Shown here piece after piece: positions 16,765 to 27,400 of a stretch of 64,000 nt of DNA. The notes beneath the pieces are model-generated. The model was not told where the DNA came from. It saw only the letters and a program-made list of their open reading frames with translations, and made no database searches. Within the stretch, counting starts at the first letter, position 1; every line of letters begins with the position of its first letter. The stretch comes from Desulfurococcaceae archaeon (lineage in GTDB: Archaea; Thermoproteota; Thermoprotei_A; Sulfolobales; Desulfurococcaceae). The position numbers and the translations under genes were made by a program. The stretch covers positions 22,001-86,000 of the forward strand of contig JAPWUD010000004.1 of assembly GCA_028275705.1 (NCBI GenBank), in the 5' to 3' direction.

Positions 16765-17671
16765 TTTATCCATAGAGGTGTTAGGGCTTCGCTTAATTCA
16801 TCCGTTAATGAATGCTAGCGGCATATTAGGACACATGCCGGAACATGTTGATATCTTAAAGAGTTATGGCGTATCAGCTATTGTAACCAAGACATTTACT
16901 CTTAAACCGAGGGAGGGGCATAAAGAGCCTATTATAGTGGAGTTGCCGAATGGGGGGATTCTTAACAGTATGGGTTTACCCAACCCTGGCATAATTGGAT
17001 TAGAGAGGATTATTAAAAGTGCAAAAAGCAGGAACATTCCAGTAATTGTTAGCGTGGGAGGAAGCAGTATTAAGGAGTTCAGCGAGGTTGCCATAAAGGC
17101 TGAAGAAGCAGGTGCCAACGCAATTGAGTTAAATCTAAGTTGTCCTCACACAAAAAGCTATGGCTTAGAGCTGGGTCAAGACCCATTAATAGTGTATGAA
17201 GTAGTCAGGGAAGTATCGGGGTCAATAAAAGTTCCCGTAGTAGCTAAACTAGGATTAACGGATAGGATCATAGAGATCGCCGGCAAAGCTCTAGAAGCCG
17301 GCGCTAGAGCATTAACTCTAATAAATACTATAAAAGCGATGTATATTGACATATTCGCAGCAAAGCCCTTTTTAAGCAATATATATGGTGGTCTTTCGGG
17401 ACCGCCAATACATCCAATAGCGGTGAGAGTAGTGTACGATGTTTATAGAGAATATGAAGGCATAGAGATAATAGCAGCTGGGGGAGCTATAGACTGGCAT
17501 AGTGTAGCAGAGTTCCTGTTGGCAGGAGCAAAAGCTGTGCAACTAGGAACAGCGCTAATTCTCAAAAGAGAAAAAGCCATACCGGAAATTTTAAAAGGCT
17601 TATATGTGTGGCTCGGTGAATTAAATATCAAAAGCCTTAAGGAGGTTGTTGGTTTAGCTAATAGGAAATAG
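16754..17671 (+). CDS. pyrD: Dihydroorotate dehydrogenase catalytic subunit (class 1)
   Basis: Motifs NASG, LNLSCPH (catalytic Cys), GGLSGPPI, AAGGA. Overlaps the pyrK stop. Confidence 0.85.
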   Translation: MEIDLSIEVLGLRLIHPLMNASGILGHMPEHVDILKSYGVSAIVTKTFTLKPREGHKEPIIVELPNGGILNSMGLPNPGIIGLERIIKSAKSRNIPVIVSVGGSSIKEFSEVAIKAEEAGANAIELNLSCPHTKSYGLELGQDPLIVYEVVREVSGSIKVPVVAKLGLTDRIIEIAGKALEAGARALTLINTIKAMYIDIFAAKPFLSNIYGGLSGPPIHPIAVRVVYDVYREYEGIEIIAAGGAIDWHSVAEFLLAGAKAVQLGTALILKREKAIPEILKGLYVWLGELNIKSLKEVVGLANRK

Positions 17672-17723
17672 TTTTAATACTTTTAAGGTAATGCCCTTCA
17701 TAGTAAATTTATAGAGGGGTATC

Positions 17724-18608
17724 GTGGTGTACTCTTACATACTCGTTAACATAGTATCTGGAGTTATGATAGGATTTCTATACGCGCTAGTTGGATTATC
17801 TCTCACTTTTATATTTGGAATATTGCAGTTTGTAAACTCTGCACATGGGCAACTAATGATGATTGGAGCATATATTACGTATTGGCTGTTCGTACTGTAT
17901 GGTTATCCACCACTAATATCCCTATTTTTAACGTCTCTAATTGGTCTTATACTGGGCATCGCTCTCTATACACTGGTTGTAAAAAGGTTAGTTGGTCTAC
18001 CAGCTCTCTACTCTCTTTCAGCAGCGTTTGCACTAGGCATATTTATACAAGAACTCGCTAAGCTTTTGTGGGGTCCTACATATAGAGGTTTTCTATATGA
18101 CGTAGGCTCTCTCCACGTCTTTGGTTACATTATTCCAGCAACTAGGGTCTTGGGATCGGCAATTAGCGCTTTCCTTGTGTTTTTAACCTACTTCTACCTC
18201 TATAGAACTAAAAGCGGCAGGGCTGTTAGAAGCATCATTCAAAATCCCGAGGGTGCTATACTATGCGGTGTCGATATATACAAGTTTTACTTGACCGCTC
18301 TAGCGATGGGTATAGCATTAAATATTATAAGTGGGTGTCTACTAACGCTCTATGTTTCTAGCGGTATAAATCCATACATGGGGGACATCTATACAAATTT
18401 AGCCTTCATGGTAGCCGTTACCGGGGGTTTAGGTGCACCCGAGGGCTCCTTACTCGCGGGCTTAATATACGGCTTGTTCGAAAATCTACTTCCAGTATTT
18501 CTCGGTAATATACCCAATCTCAGCGTTTATCCAGCTACGAGGTTTATAATGTTCGTAGTTCTAATGATAGTTCTACTCGTTAAACCTCGAGGGCTCTTGG
18601 GGAGGTGA
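17724..18608 (+). CDS. livH: Branched-chain amino-acid ABC permease (LivH family)
   Basis: 294-aa polytopic membrane protein with a typical LivH N-terminus (LVNIVSGVMIGFLYALVGLSLTFIFG). Confidence 0.85.
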   Translation: MVYSYILVNIVSGVMIGFLYALVGLSLTFIFGILQFVNSAHGQLMMIGAYITYWLFVLYGYPPLISLFLTSLIGLILGIALYTLVVKRLVGLPALYSLSAAFALGIFIQELAKLLWGPTYRGFLYDVGSLHVFGYIIPATRVLGSAISAFLVFLTYFYLYRTKSGRAVRSIIQNPEGAILCGVDIYKFYLTALAMGIALNIISGCLLTLYVSSGINPYMGDIYTNLAFMVAVTGGLGAPEGSLLAGLIYGLFENLLPVFLGNIPNLSVYPATRFIMFVVLMIVLLVKPRGLLGR

Positions 18609-18614
18609 TGAAGC

Positions 18615-19613
18615 TTGAGGCTTATTCTTCTGAATAAGCATTTATCACTGATATTTAGTTTACTCATAGTATTTGTATTTATATTACTACGATCTATATT
18701 TCCCGAATATTCTCAAATGGTGTACTTCATAGTATTTTATATAGCGCTCGGCTTGGCTTTCAACATCTTCCTAGGTTTTACAAACTACGTGTGCTTCGGA
18801 TACACGGTTTTTCTGGCTTTAGGAGGATATGCCATGGCTCATTCGATTAAGTGGCTGGCAAGTAGTTTAAACCCAGTATTGGTATTTACAATAGGTGTTC
18901 TGCTTTCCTCGCTTTATGCTGGTATTGTAGCGCTATTAGTTGGAGCTATTGGATTGAGGCTGAAAGAGACGTACTTCGCAATAGCAACTATAGGTTTAAC
19001 ACAGGGACTTCGTTTCTTCATAGAGGGCTTTAGAGTATGGGGTGGAAGCGAGGGTTTGATCGTTGCAGGAGATATTATTTCAAACTATGGCTCGGAATGG
19101 CTTACAACTCTATCTATAGAATATGCCGACATCCTAGTATTCTCTACAGCCGTATTATCAATAGTAATAACATATTATCTACTAAACTCTCGAACAGGCT
19201 ACGCACTTTTAGCAATTAGAGAAGATGAGGAAGTTGCTAATTCCTTTGGTATAAACCCAGTTAAATATAAGTTACTGGCGTTCATGATCAGCGCCATACT
19301 AGGTGCTTTTATCGGTGCCAGCAAACTGCTTAAGGATCAGGCGGTTTTCCCCGCAGAAGCATTTTCACTCGGATTTACACTAGAAGCGTTGGTTATCACG
19401 CTTATAGGGGGGAAGGGAACGTTACTATTTCCTCTTATAGCAGGCATTCTATATGCAAGCCTTAAGTATTTCTTGACAACAATACTGCCAGGTTTTCAGT
19501 TACTAATATTCGCTATCATAGTAATCGTTATAGTTGAACTCTTCCCTGAGGGAATTATGGGGTGGCTTAAGAAAAAGCTTAGAGGAAGAGCAATTGAAAG
19601 TATTTTGATCTAG
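18615..19613 (+). CDS. livM: Branched-chain amino-acid ABC permease (LivM family)
   Basis: 332-aa polytopic membrane protein. LivM-type segment YALLAIREDEEVANSFGINP. Confidence 0.85.
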   Translation: MRLILLNKHLSLIFSLLIVFVFILLRSIFPEYSQMVYFIVFYIALGLAFNIFLGFTNYVCFGYTVFLALGGYAMAHSIKWLASSLNPVLVFTIGVLLSSLYAGIVALLVGAIGLRLKETYFAIATIGLTQGLRFFIEGFRVWGGSEGLIVAGDIISNYGSEWLTTLSIEYADILVFSTAVLSIVITYYLLNSRTGYALLAIREDEEVANSFGINPVKYKLLAFMISAILGAFIGASKLLKDQAVFPAEAFSLGFTLEALVITLIGGKGTLLFPLIAGILYASLKYFLTTILPGFQLLIFAIIVIVIVELFPEGIMGWLKKKLRGRAIESILI

Positions 19614-19615
19614 AG

Positions 19616-20353
19616 GTGGGATTTATGAGTGTTGTCTTAAGGGTAGAAGGCGTTGCAAAGTACTTTGGAGGCATAAAGGCGCTTGATGGCGTCACCTTAG
19701 ACATCCACGAAAACGAATTATTAGCGATAATAGGCCCAAATGGAGCTGGTAAAACAACGCTTTTCAACGTGATCACTGGTCTACGCAAACCAGATAGAGG
19801 TAGGGTTCTATATATGGGCAGGGATATAACGAGGGCTCCTCCATATAAAAGAGCACAAATGGGAATCGCGAGGGCATTTCAAATTCCTAGATTAATATAC
19901 AACGCGAGTGTCATGGATAATGCAGTTTTGAGTTGCCTATTTGGAGGCAAGATGGATTTAAACAATTCAAAAAAGAGGGTTTTAGAAGTATTGAAACTTG
20001 TAGGCTTAGAGAAGAAAGCTAATGAACTTGCTGCAAACCTTACTTCGCCAGAGAAAAAGTTGTTAGAGTTTGCAAGAGCTGTAGCCATGAAACCCCGTGT
20101 CCTACTGCTTGACGAGATCGTTGCAGGTATGCCTCCAGCTGAAGTGGATAACATTATGAACTTAGTGAGAAAAATAGCTATTGGGGAAAAAATCACGGTG
20201 GTTGCAATGGTTGAACATGTTATAAGGGCCGTTAAATATGCTGATCGTGCAGTGTTTTTGCATCAGGGCAGAATACTGGTTGAAGGCTCTCCAAGTGAAG
20301 TATTAAACAATAAGCTTGTTAAAGAGGTATATTTAGGTGAGATTATTGAATGA
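19616..20353 (+). CDS. livG: Branched-chain amino-acid ABC ATPase (LivG family)
   Basis: Walker A GPNGAGKTT, FGGIKALDGV, Walker B LLLDEIVAGM. Confidence 0.85.
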   Translation: MGFMSVVLRVEGVAKYFGGIKALDGVTLDIHENELLAIIGPNGAGKTTLFNVITGLRKPDRGRVLYMGRDITRAPPYKRAQMGIARAFQIPRLIYNASVMDNAVLSCLFGGKMDLNNSKKRVLEVLKLVGLEKKANELAANLTSPEKKLLEFARAVAMKPRVLLLDEIVAGMPPAEVDNIMNLVRKIAIGEKITVVAMVEHVIRAVKYADRAVFLHQGRILVEGSPSEVLNNKLVKEVYLGEIIE

Positions 20354-20357
20354 CATA

Positions 20358-21065
20358 ATGTTAGAAACGCAGTCACTTGAAGCAGGCTACAAAGGCGTGA
20401 AGGTCCTATGGGGGGTGAATATAAAAGTTCACCGTGGTGAAATAGTCTCCATTCTAGGTCCCAATGGAGCCGGTAAAACAACCCTTATTAGAACAATTAT
20501 GGGCATTATTAAACCCTATTCAGGGAAAGTGCTGTTTGAGGGTAAAGACATCACGAATTTAGACCCTTATCGTAGAATTAAGCTGGGTCTCTACCTTGTA
20601 CCGGATACTCGAGGTCTCTTCCCTGAGATGAGCGTCTATGAGAACTTACTAATGGGCGCATACCTTGTAAAGAATAGATCAGAAGTGGAAAAGAAGCTGG
20701 AAGAGGTCTATGGACTCTTTCCTGTGCTTAAAGAAAGGAATAAGCAAAAAGCAAGGACCTTAAGTGGTGGGGAGCAGCAAATGCTCGCTATAGCAAAAGT
20801 TCTAATGGGTAGTCCAAGATTACTTATGCTTGATGAACCAACCCTAGGTCTAAGCCCTAAACTCTCTGCTGAAGTCACTAATACTATTAAGAAATTACGC
20901 GACGAACTCGGAATTACTATACTATTGGTCGAGGAAAAAGTACACTATGCCTTAAAAATATCCGATAGAGTCTACGTAATAGATCAAGGCAACATAGTCT
21001 ATGAAGCTGATAGAACCAGGTTTGCATCGGCAGAGGAGATACTGAGAAAGTATGTAGGTACATAA
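20358..21065 (+). CDS. livF: Branched-chain amino-acid ABC ATPase (LivF family)
   Basis: Walker A GPNGAGKTT, signature LSGGEQQMLAIAK, Walker B LMLDEPTLGL. ATG 20358 was chosen; the ORF is open from 20337. Confidence 0.85.
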   Translation: MLETQSLEAGYKGVKVLWGVNIKVHRGEIVSILGPNGAGKTTLIRTIMGIIKPYSGKVLFEGKDITNLDPYRRIKLGLYLVPDTRGLFPEMSVYENLLMGAYLVKNRSEVEKKLEEVYGLFPVLKERNKQKARTLSGGEQQMLAIAKVLMGSPRLLMLDEPTLGLSPKLSAEVTNTIKKLRDELGITILLVEEKVHYALKISDRVYVIDQGNIVYEADRTRFASAEEILRKYVGT

Positions 21066-21589
21066 ATTATTAGGCAAGTAGCTAATCACAGAGCAGCTTG
21101 ATTGCTACAGAAGCACTGCAACTGCTTTTCGTCCATGAATTTAAAGGTTAGAAGACTCCAAATCCACAGTAGAACCTGACAGATACAGTTGACAGCTGTA
21201 TATTAAGTGTGGAATTGCATAGAAACTTATCTCGAAAGGTCAGAATATATGAGCAACTTTACAGAGTAAAGGATTTAGCAAAACTTATGGCGGAGCTTTA
21301 GCTAAATAATCTGTTAGATTTTTACCGAAAATTTAGTTTCTTTAAGGCGAGAAAACCTCATTGGTTTAAATAACTTCTCCTAATGCAGACCTGTGGGAGA
21401 TACTGAGATAAAACCATGCAGGTAAAATTAATACTAATGGTGATTAATCTTTACATTAGTTTTTATAATATTTCCTAACAAAACCCCAGTATAGAGGCAG
21501 CCTTCTTGGAGCAAAGTGAATACATGTACGAAACCTATAGAGAGATTATTAAAAAAAGATAGAAAACGCCATAAGTGGTCTTCATTTAT

Positions 21590-22271
21590 GTCCTATTATA
21601 GATTTCTACTCCTAGTTCTGTAGCTGTTTCAACTGCTTCTCGTCTCCAAATGGAGTTATTATAATTAGTCTTGGTTTAACACTTGTTACCCTCTAGTATA
21701 GGTTTCCTATTCTTTGTAATATTACCATGTCTTCACTTGATGCACTAGCTTTAAATCTCGACAAGTACGTGGACACTGTTCTTGACTGATGAGTCTGCCT
21801 CTATTTCTGATGGATAACTATATACTTCCTCCCTCTCATCAAAATACCTTTGCTTCTCAACCCTCCTCTTCCTATAGCCTCCTCTATAATCCGCTTCATA
21901 GCTCACCTAAAAGCATATTCCAACTCAATACCTCACTCAGCCTCAATTGCCGTTATTCTTCTATCAAAACTATTCACTCTCCTTATTAAAGCTTCGAACT
22001 TTTTATTGCGGTCTAGTAGCTTGCTCTCAATAGCTTCAAACCCCCTGTACGTCCCCCTAGCATTTATTGTTCTCTTCATATCTCTTGGCTTGCTCTTGTA
22101 TGTATGTTTGAAAGTCCTTGCGTAGTTTCTTCAATTCATTGAGTATAGTGTCAAATCCAAGTAGACCAGCCACTGCGAGTTTAAACTCCTCATCCCCTCT
22201 ATGTAACCCTAGAATTTTCTTCTCGAGGCTCTATAGTCTCCAAGTCTTATCTCACGATAATTTACTTCCAT
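21590..22271 (-). pseudogene. Decayed paralog of the 51135-52040 gene (coiled-coil + PD-(D/E)XK-type family)
   Basis: Minus-strand translation SLEKKILGLHRGDEEFKLAVAGLLGFDTILNELKKLRKDFQTYIQEQAKRYEENNKC* matches the N-terminus of the 51135 ORF. It is followed by many stops and frameshifts, and the start is frameshifted. Confidence 0.5.
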
Positions 22272-22353
22272 CTGGTTAGTAATAGTCGTTGTGATGAGTT
22301 ACCTTTTAAACCACTATATTATCTTTTAAATTGAAGTATATTAATTGGGGATT

Positions 22354-23112
<759 letters not shown>

Positions 23113-23269
23113 TTATTCCGTCATTCCTTTAAAATACATTAATACTCTCTAGGTCTTGGATTAAACAATAGGCTGTTGCATAATTAATGATAAGTTTAAG
23201 TATCTGTGGTTACTTGTAAATGCTTGGCTTTCAGAGTAATGTTTAAATACCCATATCTCATTGTAGTTT

Positions 23270-23445
23270 CTTGGATGACCCGCTCTGCGGTGACGTAGAG
23301 ACTCAGATGGGAGCCCCGTGGCGTTGGGCTCGACGGGGGCCCATGGGGCGTGGGCGAGGCTGGTGAACCCACACCGAGGCCCAACCCCGCTAGCGGAATT
23401 ACATTACAAGTATTCACAAATACCGTCAAGTGCCGTTAGCGGGGA
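23270..23445. other. G+C-rich, helix-rich island (candidate structured RNA or decayed repeat copy)
   Basis: Nested complementary segments CCCCGT/ACGGGG, GTTGGGCTCG/CGAGGCCCAAC and GTGGG/CCCAC. A 12-nt inverted repeat CCCCGCTAGCGG (23385-23396) / CCGTTAGCGGGG (23433-23444). A 17-nt segment at 23278-23294 nearly matches 31472-31487 of the repeat family. Confidence 0.25.
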
Positions 23446-23537
23446 AACGCTCTCAACTCTACTAACCTATCCCCGTCTATAGTCTTCTTTAATAGCCAAT
23501 ATATACTCCACTTAGTTTATTTAGAAAGGGTGTTTTC

Positions 23538-24383
23538 GTGGATCTCTATATAAGCGACTCTATACTGGAGAAGCTGTTGTTTGAGGATATACAATATGTA
23601 GATTTAACTACGGGTGTATTGGGAATAGGTAGTGTTGAGGGTGTTGCAAGGGTATTCTTCAGGGAGAATGGAGTTGTAGCGTGTAGTGAGGAGGCTTCGA
23701 GGATTTATGAACTCGTAGGCGCTAGAGTCAAGTACTTTGTAGGGAGTGGTGAGTGGGTTCAGGCAAATCAACTAGTTCTAGAAGCTCAGGGTAAGGCCTC
23801 CTCTCTACACTTAGCGTGGAGAGTAGCGCAGACGCTTCTATCTTACGCGAGTGGAGTTGCCACATACACACGTAGGATGGTTGAGAAAGCGAAAAGAAGT
23901 AATCCAGGTGTTGTAATAGCTACAACTCGTCAAACACCTCCAGGTACGAGGCCATTCTACATTAAAGCCGTATTAGCAGGTGGAGGAATAGTACATAGGC
24001 AGTCCCTCTCAGACTCCATACTCATATTTGACAACCACCTTGTATTCCTAGAAGAACATGGGGTGAGTGGAGCAGTGAAGAGAGCTTTAAAGCTTGGAGG
24101 AGGGAGGAGTGTAGGGATAGAGGTAAAAGACATAGAGGAAGCCATAGAGGCCGTAGAGTCTGGTGCATACTACATTCAATTCGATAGAGTGCAACCCAAT
24201 ATACTTAAAGACTGGGTTAAGAAGATCAGGGGGCTGAGCAGTAGAGTTGTAATAGGGGTAGGAGGGGGTATAACAATAGAAAATATAGAGGAGTATGCAT
24301 CTACGGGAGTAGATGTAGTTGTGACGTCTGCACCGTATCGAGCCAGACCCATTGATGTCTCAACACGGATGGAGAAAATTTAA
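23538..24383 (+). CDS. Nicotinate-nucleotide (quinolinate) pyrophosphorylase family protein (NadC/ModD-like)
   Basis: 281 aa. Motif ATTRQTPPGTRPFYIKAVLAGGGIVHRQSLSDSILIFDNH is typical of type II PRTases (NadC/ModD). Confidence 0.7.
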   Translation: MDLYISDSILEKLLFEDIQYVDLTTGVLGIGSVEGVARVFFRENGVVACSEEASRIYELVGARVKYFVGSGEWVQANQLVLEAQGKASSLHLAWRVAQTLLSYASGVATYTRRMVEKAKRSNPGVVIATTRQTPPGTRPFYIKAVLAGGGIVHRQSLSDSILIFDNHLVFLEEHGVSGAVKRALKLGGGRSVGIEVKDIEEAIEAVESGAYYIQFDRVQPNILKDWVKKIRGLSSRVVIGVGGGITIENIEEYASTGVDVVVTSAPYRARPIDVSTRMEKI

Positions 24384-24421
24384 GTCCAGTGATTCATAGG
24401 CGAGAAAACACTATTCTCTTG

Positions 24422-25420
24422 TCAAGTCTTAATCAGGATGGCTTTCAATATCCTTATGTTAACCTCACTCCCTATTTTCACTCCGTGTGGATTATACTTA
24501 GTAACTATTAATGCCCCGTCCACGTTAATAACTAGTTTCTTAACACCATTAATTTCCCCACTCCACACAATTCTCCCCTTTAATCTACCCTTTTGGTTCA
24601 CTATAGCACCATCAGGTGGAATATAAACCTTGTCGACTCCTCTACTTACATTGCATGGTTGAATGGGGGCCCTCTCATAGCCTATTATTGCATAACACTC
24701 ATTTTCATCTAATCCACTCGCATCGACCACGCTTCCAAACCAAGCTAACTTGCTAGGGTCTACTGAGTGTGGCTCAAAGTCTTTGGGCGGCCCTGCATAG
24801 ATTACTCTACCATTCCAGAGAAATATGATCTCGTCAGCTCTATTCATAGCCCACTCGAGGTCATGTGTAACTATAATTGTTGTTAAACCCCTCTCTCTAC
24901 TAATTCTCTCGATCTCTTCATATATTTCAAGCCTAATACCCACGTCAAGGCTTTGCTCAATTTCATCCACTAAGAGGGGGTTTCCTCCCACTACTAGAGA
25001 CCTGGCAATAGCGACTCTCCTCGCTTCACCACTACTTAGCTGGGATGGGTACTTCGAGGCGAGGTGTTCTATGGATAGCTTTTTTAGAGCCCAATTAACC
25101 CTCTCTTCAATTACTCTCTTATTAAAACTCCTTATCTTCAGCGGAAATGCAATGTTCTCCCAGACGTTCATGTGTGGGAATAATGCGTTTCTCTGTGGAA
25201 TGTATAGTATGTTCCTCCTATATGGGGGTATATTGTCAACGACTTTTCCATCAAATAATACACTCCCTTTGTATTGAGTTAAACCTGCAATTACTCTTAG
25301 AATCGTGGTTTTTCCAGCTCCATTAGGGCCTACTATAGCCGAGATCTCCCTGGGAGGAAACTCAACAGTGATACCGTGTAAGGCGTAGTTTTCAATATTT
25401 CTCAGTGAAACCCTTACCAT
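24422..25420 (-). CDS. ABC transporter ATP-binding protein with C-terminal regulatory (TOBE-like) domain
   Basis: Walker A GPNGAGKTT, signature LSSGEARRVAIARS, Walker B LLVDEIEQSLD, plus a beta-rich C-terminal extension of about 100 aa. Confidence 0.85.
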   Translation of the reverse strand: MVRVSLRNIENYALHGITVEFPPREISAIVGPNGAGKTTILRVIAGLTQYKGSVLFDGKVVDNIPPYRRNILYIPQRNALFPHMNVWENIAFPLKIRSFNKRVIEERVNWALKKLSIEHLASKYPSQLSSGEARRVAIARSLVVGGNPLLVDEIEQSLDVGIRLEIYEEIERISRERGLTTIIVTHDLEWAMNRADEIIFLWNGRVIYAGPPKDFEPHSVDPSKLAWFGSVVDASGLDENECYAIIGYERAPIQPCNVSRGVDKVYIPPDGAIVNQKGRLKGRIVWSGEINGVKKLVINVDGALIVTKYNPHGVKIGSEVNIRILKAILIKT

Positions 25421-26169
25421 GACCTCTCACCAATCCACTTTGATGCAATTCTCTTCTCAACAACATCTATAGACTCTACTATGGCCACTATGACTATTGA
25501 TAGAGCAATTATAGTTGATAACAAGTGCTTTACATCTATTGTTATAGAGTACATGAGTAGTAAGTGCCCTAGACCAGAGGTTAGGGCAAGCATTTCAACA
25601 ACAAGTGTTGTTTTAAACACCATTATAGCCTCTGTTTTAACTATAGGCGTGATCTTGAGTAGTGAAATGGGCGCCACTACCCTTGTAAGAGTAGTCCATG
25701 TATTGGCACCCAGTGTGAGAGCTACCTCCACCTGATCTAAATCAACTGTTCTCCTAGCATTTAAAACACCATAGAGTATAGGCGGGAAGCTGCATATAAA
25801 GGATGCAGTTATGGGTAATACTATTGGATCTAGGCCAACCCATAGGATTAAAAGAGGCACTAGAGCTACTGTAGGTATTGTAAAGAGTATTGAAGCAGCC
25901 GGCTGAATATACTCCTCTAGTTTTAACCCTACGATGAGAAATCCAAGTATAATCCCCATTAATGAGCCCAACAAAAACCCGAGTCCAGCCCTGAGTATAG
26001 TGAGAGCGGTGTTTTCGAGGAGGATGTGCAAGTACTCCGTATCCATGAAGCTACAAGCCACTTCGCTAAACGATGGGAGTATGTATGAGGGGTATACACG
26101 CGCTCTACCAACGAGCTCCCATACCAGTGTGAGGAGTATAATGGATGTTGCGGTTTTCACGGGTTTCAT
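25414..26169 (-). CDS. ABC transporter permease (NitT/TauT-type binding-protein-dependent family)
   Basis: Polytopic membrane protein. Start chosen at the internal Met (MKPVKT) to avoid overlap with the upstream gene; the ORF is open to 26202. Confidence 0.75.
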   Translation of the reverse strand: MKPVKTATSIILLTLVWELVGRARVYPSYILPSFSEVACSFMDTEYLHILLENTALTILRAGLGFLLGSLMGIILGFLIVGLKLEEYIQPAASILFTIPTVALVPLLILWVGLDPIVLPITASFICSFPPILYGVLNARRTVDLDQVEVALTLGANTWTTLTRVVAPISLLKITPIVKTEAIMVFKTTLVVEMLALTSGLGHLLLMYSITIDVKHLLSTIIALSIVIVAIVESIDVVEKRIASKWIGERSW

Positions 26170-26173
26170 ATTC

Positions 26174-27112
26174 CTATATTGATGTAGTGAGCGAGCTTGC
26201 ATTATACCTCTCCTTGATCACCCCCTTTGAATACATGAAATCAATGTAATCTTGAATTTGCTGTATATCAATATCAGTACTCCATTGAATTGTCTGAATA
26301 GCCTTCAATGCAGCGTCTTCACTTATCCCCAGCCACTTAGCAAGAGTCTTAGCGGCTTGAACGGGTTCTTTTTTGACGTCATTAACGCTGTTTTTAACTA
26401 GGGCAATTATTTTCCTAGCCACATCTGGGTTTTTCTCAAGGTAGTCTTTTGTAGCGAATAAGTAGCTTCCAGGCATATTAGGCCAGACTTCACTGCTTTC
26501 AAGCAGTATCTTCAAGCCCTTAGACTCCGCGACCTCTGGAAACGGCTTTGGTAGTATAGCTGCATCTATAGAGCCGCTGAGGAGGCCTGCGAGTATTTCC
26601 TGTGGTTGCATTGTTTTAATTTCTGAGAAGCTGATATTGTATTCATCCTGTATTTTTAATGCTAGGAAATACGCCTGTGTACCGGGTCCCGGTGTGTAGA
26701 CTGCTCGACCATTAAGATCCCTTACCTCTTTTACTCTGCCTGGGTTGACCACAAGAGCGAAGCCTCCATCGTGTACTTTTCCAATAATCTTCACAGAGAT
26801 ACCTTTATCAATCATCATTATAATGGGGCCTAAGCATGCCTGGCCGGCAGTAACATCGCCTCTAGCAACTGCAGCAGCTAACTCCATTCCTGTTCTAAAT
26901 AGCAGTAAATTAGTGACGTTGATATTGTTTTTCCCGAGTAGATTTCCATCTAGTACCATGAAGAATGGTGTTGCATGAGCATTGAACTCTACACCAAGGG
27001 CAATAGGCTTTGCACTCGTAGTAGTACCCTTTAAGTAAATATAGTAGAGAATTGTTGCAATTACTAGAACACTCGCGATTACCGCAAGAAGCGTCCTACT
27101 CCGCATCGTCAA
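26174..27112 (-). CDS. ABC substrate-binding protein, NMT1/THI5-like (nitrate/sulfonate/taurine-type)
   Basis: 312 aa with an N-terminal TM anchor. Operon context with the permease and ATPase. Family call is motif-level only. Confidence 0.6.
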   Translation of the reverse strand: MTMRSRTLLAVIASVLVIATILYYIYLKGTTTSAKPIALGVEFNAHATPFFMVLDGNLLGKNNINVTNLLLFRTGMELAAAVARGDVTAGQACLGPIIMMIDKGISVKIIGKVHDGGFALVVNPGRVKEVRDLNGRAVYTPGPGTQAYFLALKIQDEYNISFSEIKTMQPQEILAGLLSGSIDAAILPKPFPEVAESKGLKILLESSEVWPNMPGSYLFATKDYLEKNPDVARKIIALVKNSVNDVKKEPVQAAKTLAKWLGISEDAALKAIQTIQWSTDIDIQQIQDYIDFMYSKGVIKERYNASSLTTSI

Positions 27113-27400
27113 ACCACCTTGTTAGACAATAGTAAATCACAAAGAGCTTTATGAAGTCTCTTTACTTCTATAATGACTCCCATCACACCTTTCACCCCGA
27201 AAGAAAGCTATTAGAGACAGGTTTTTAACCTCTCGCTTCATGTCTTGTCAATCAATATAGATGGACAGAAGATCGTAGTGATGATCTCGTAAGTATATTC
27301 TTTTACTATATGTGAGTGTTCTGCTGGTTAATAACTAGTGTAGTGTTCATGAAGTATTTTTAAGTCTAAGTCTTGTATACTAATTCAATGGGTGTACTCG

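Noticed and set aside
21789-22125. Two plus-strand ORFs of 66 and 91 aa, Ser/Leu/Pro-rich
   Set aside because: They are low complexity and lie antisense to the recognisable, though decayed, homolog of the 51135 gene.
23196-23429. 77-aa minus-strand ORF in the G+C-rich island
   Set aside because: It is Pro/Gly/Ser-rich, coincides exactly with the helix-forming G+C-rich segment, and has no start context. It is likely an artefact of base composition.
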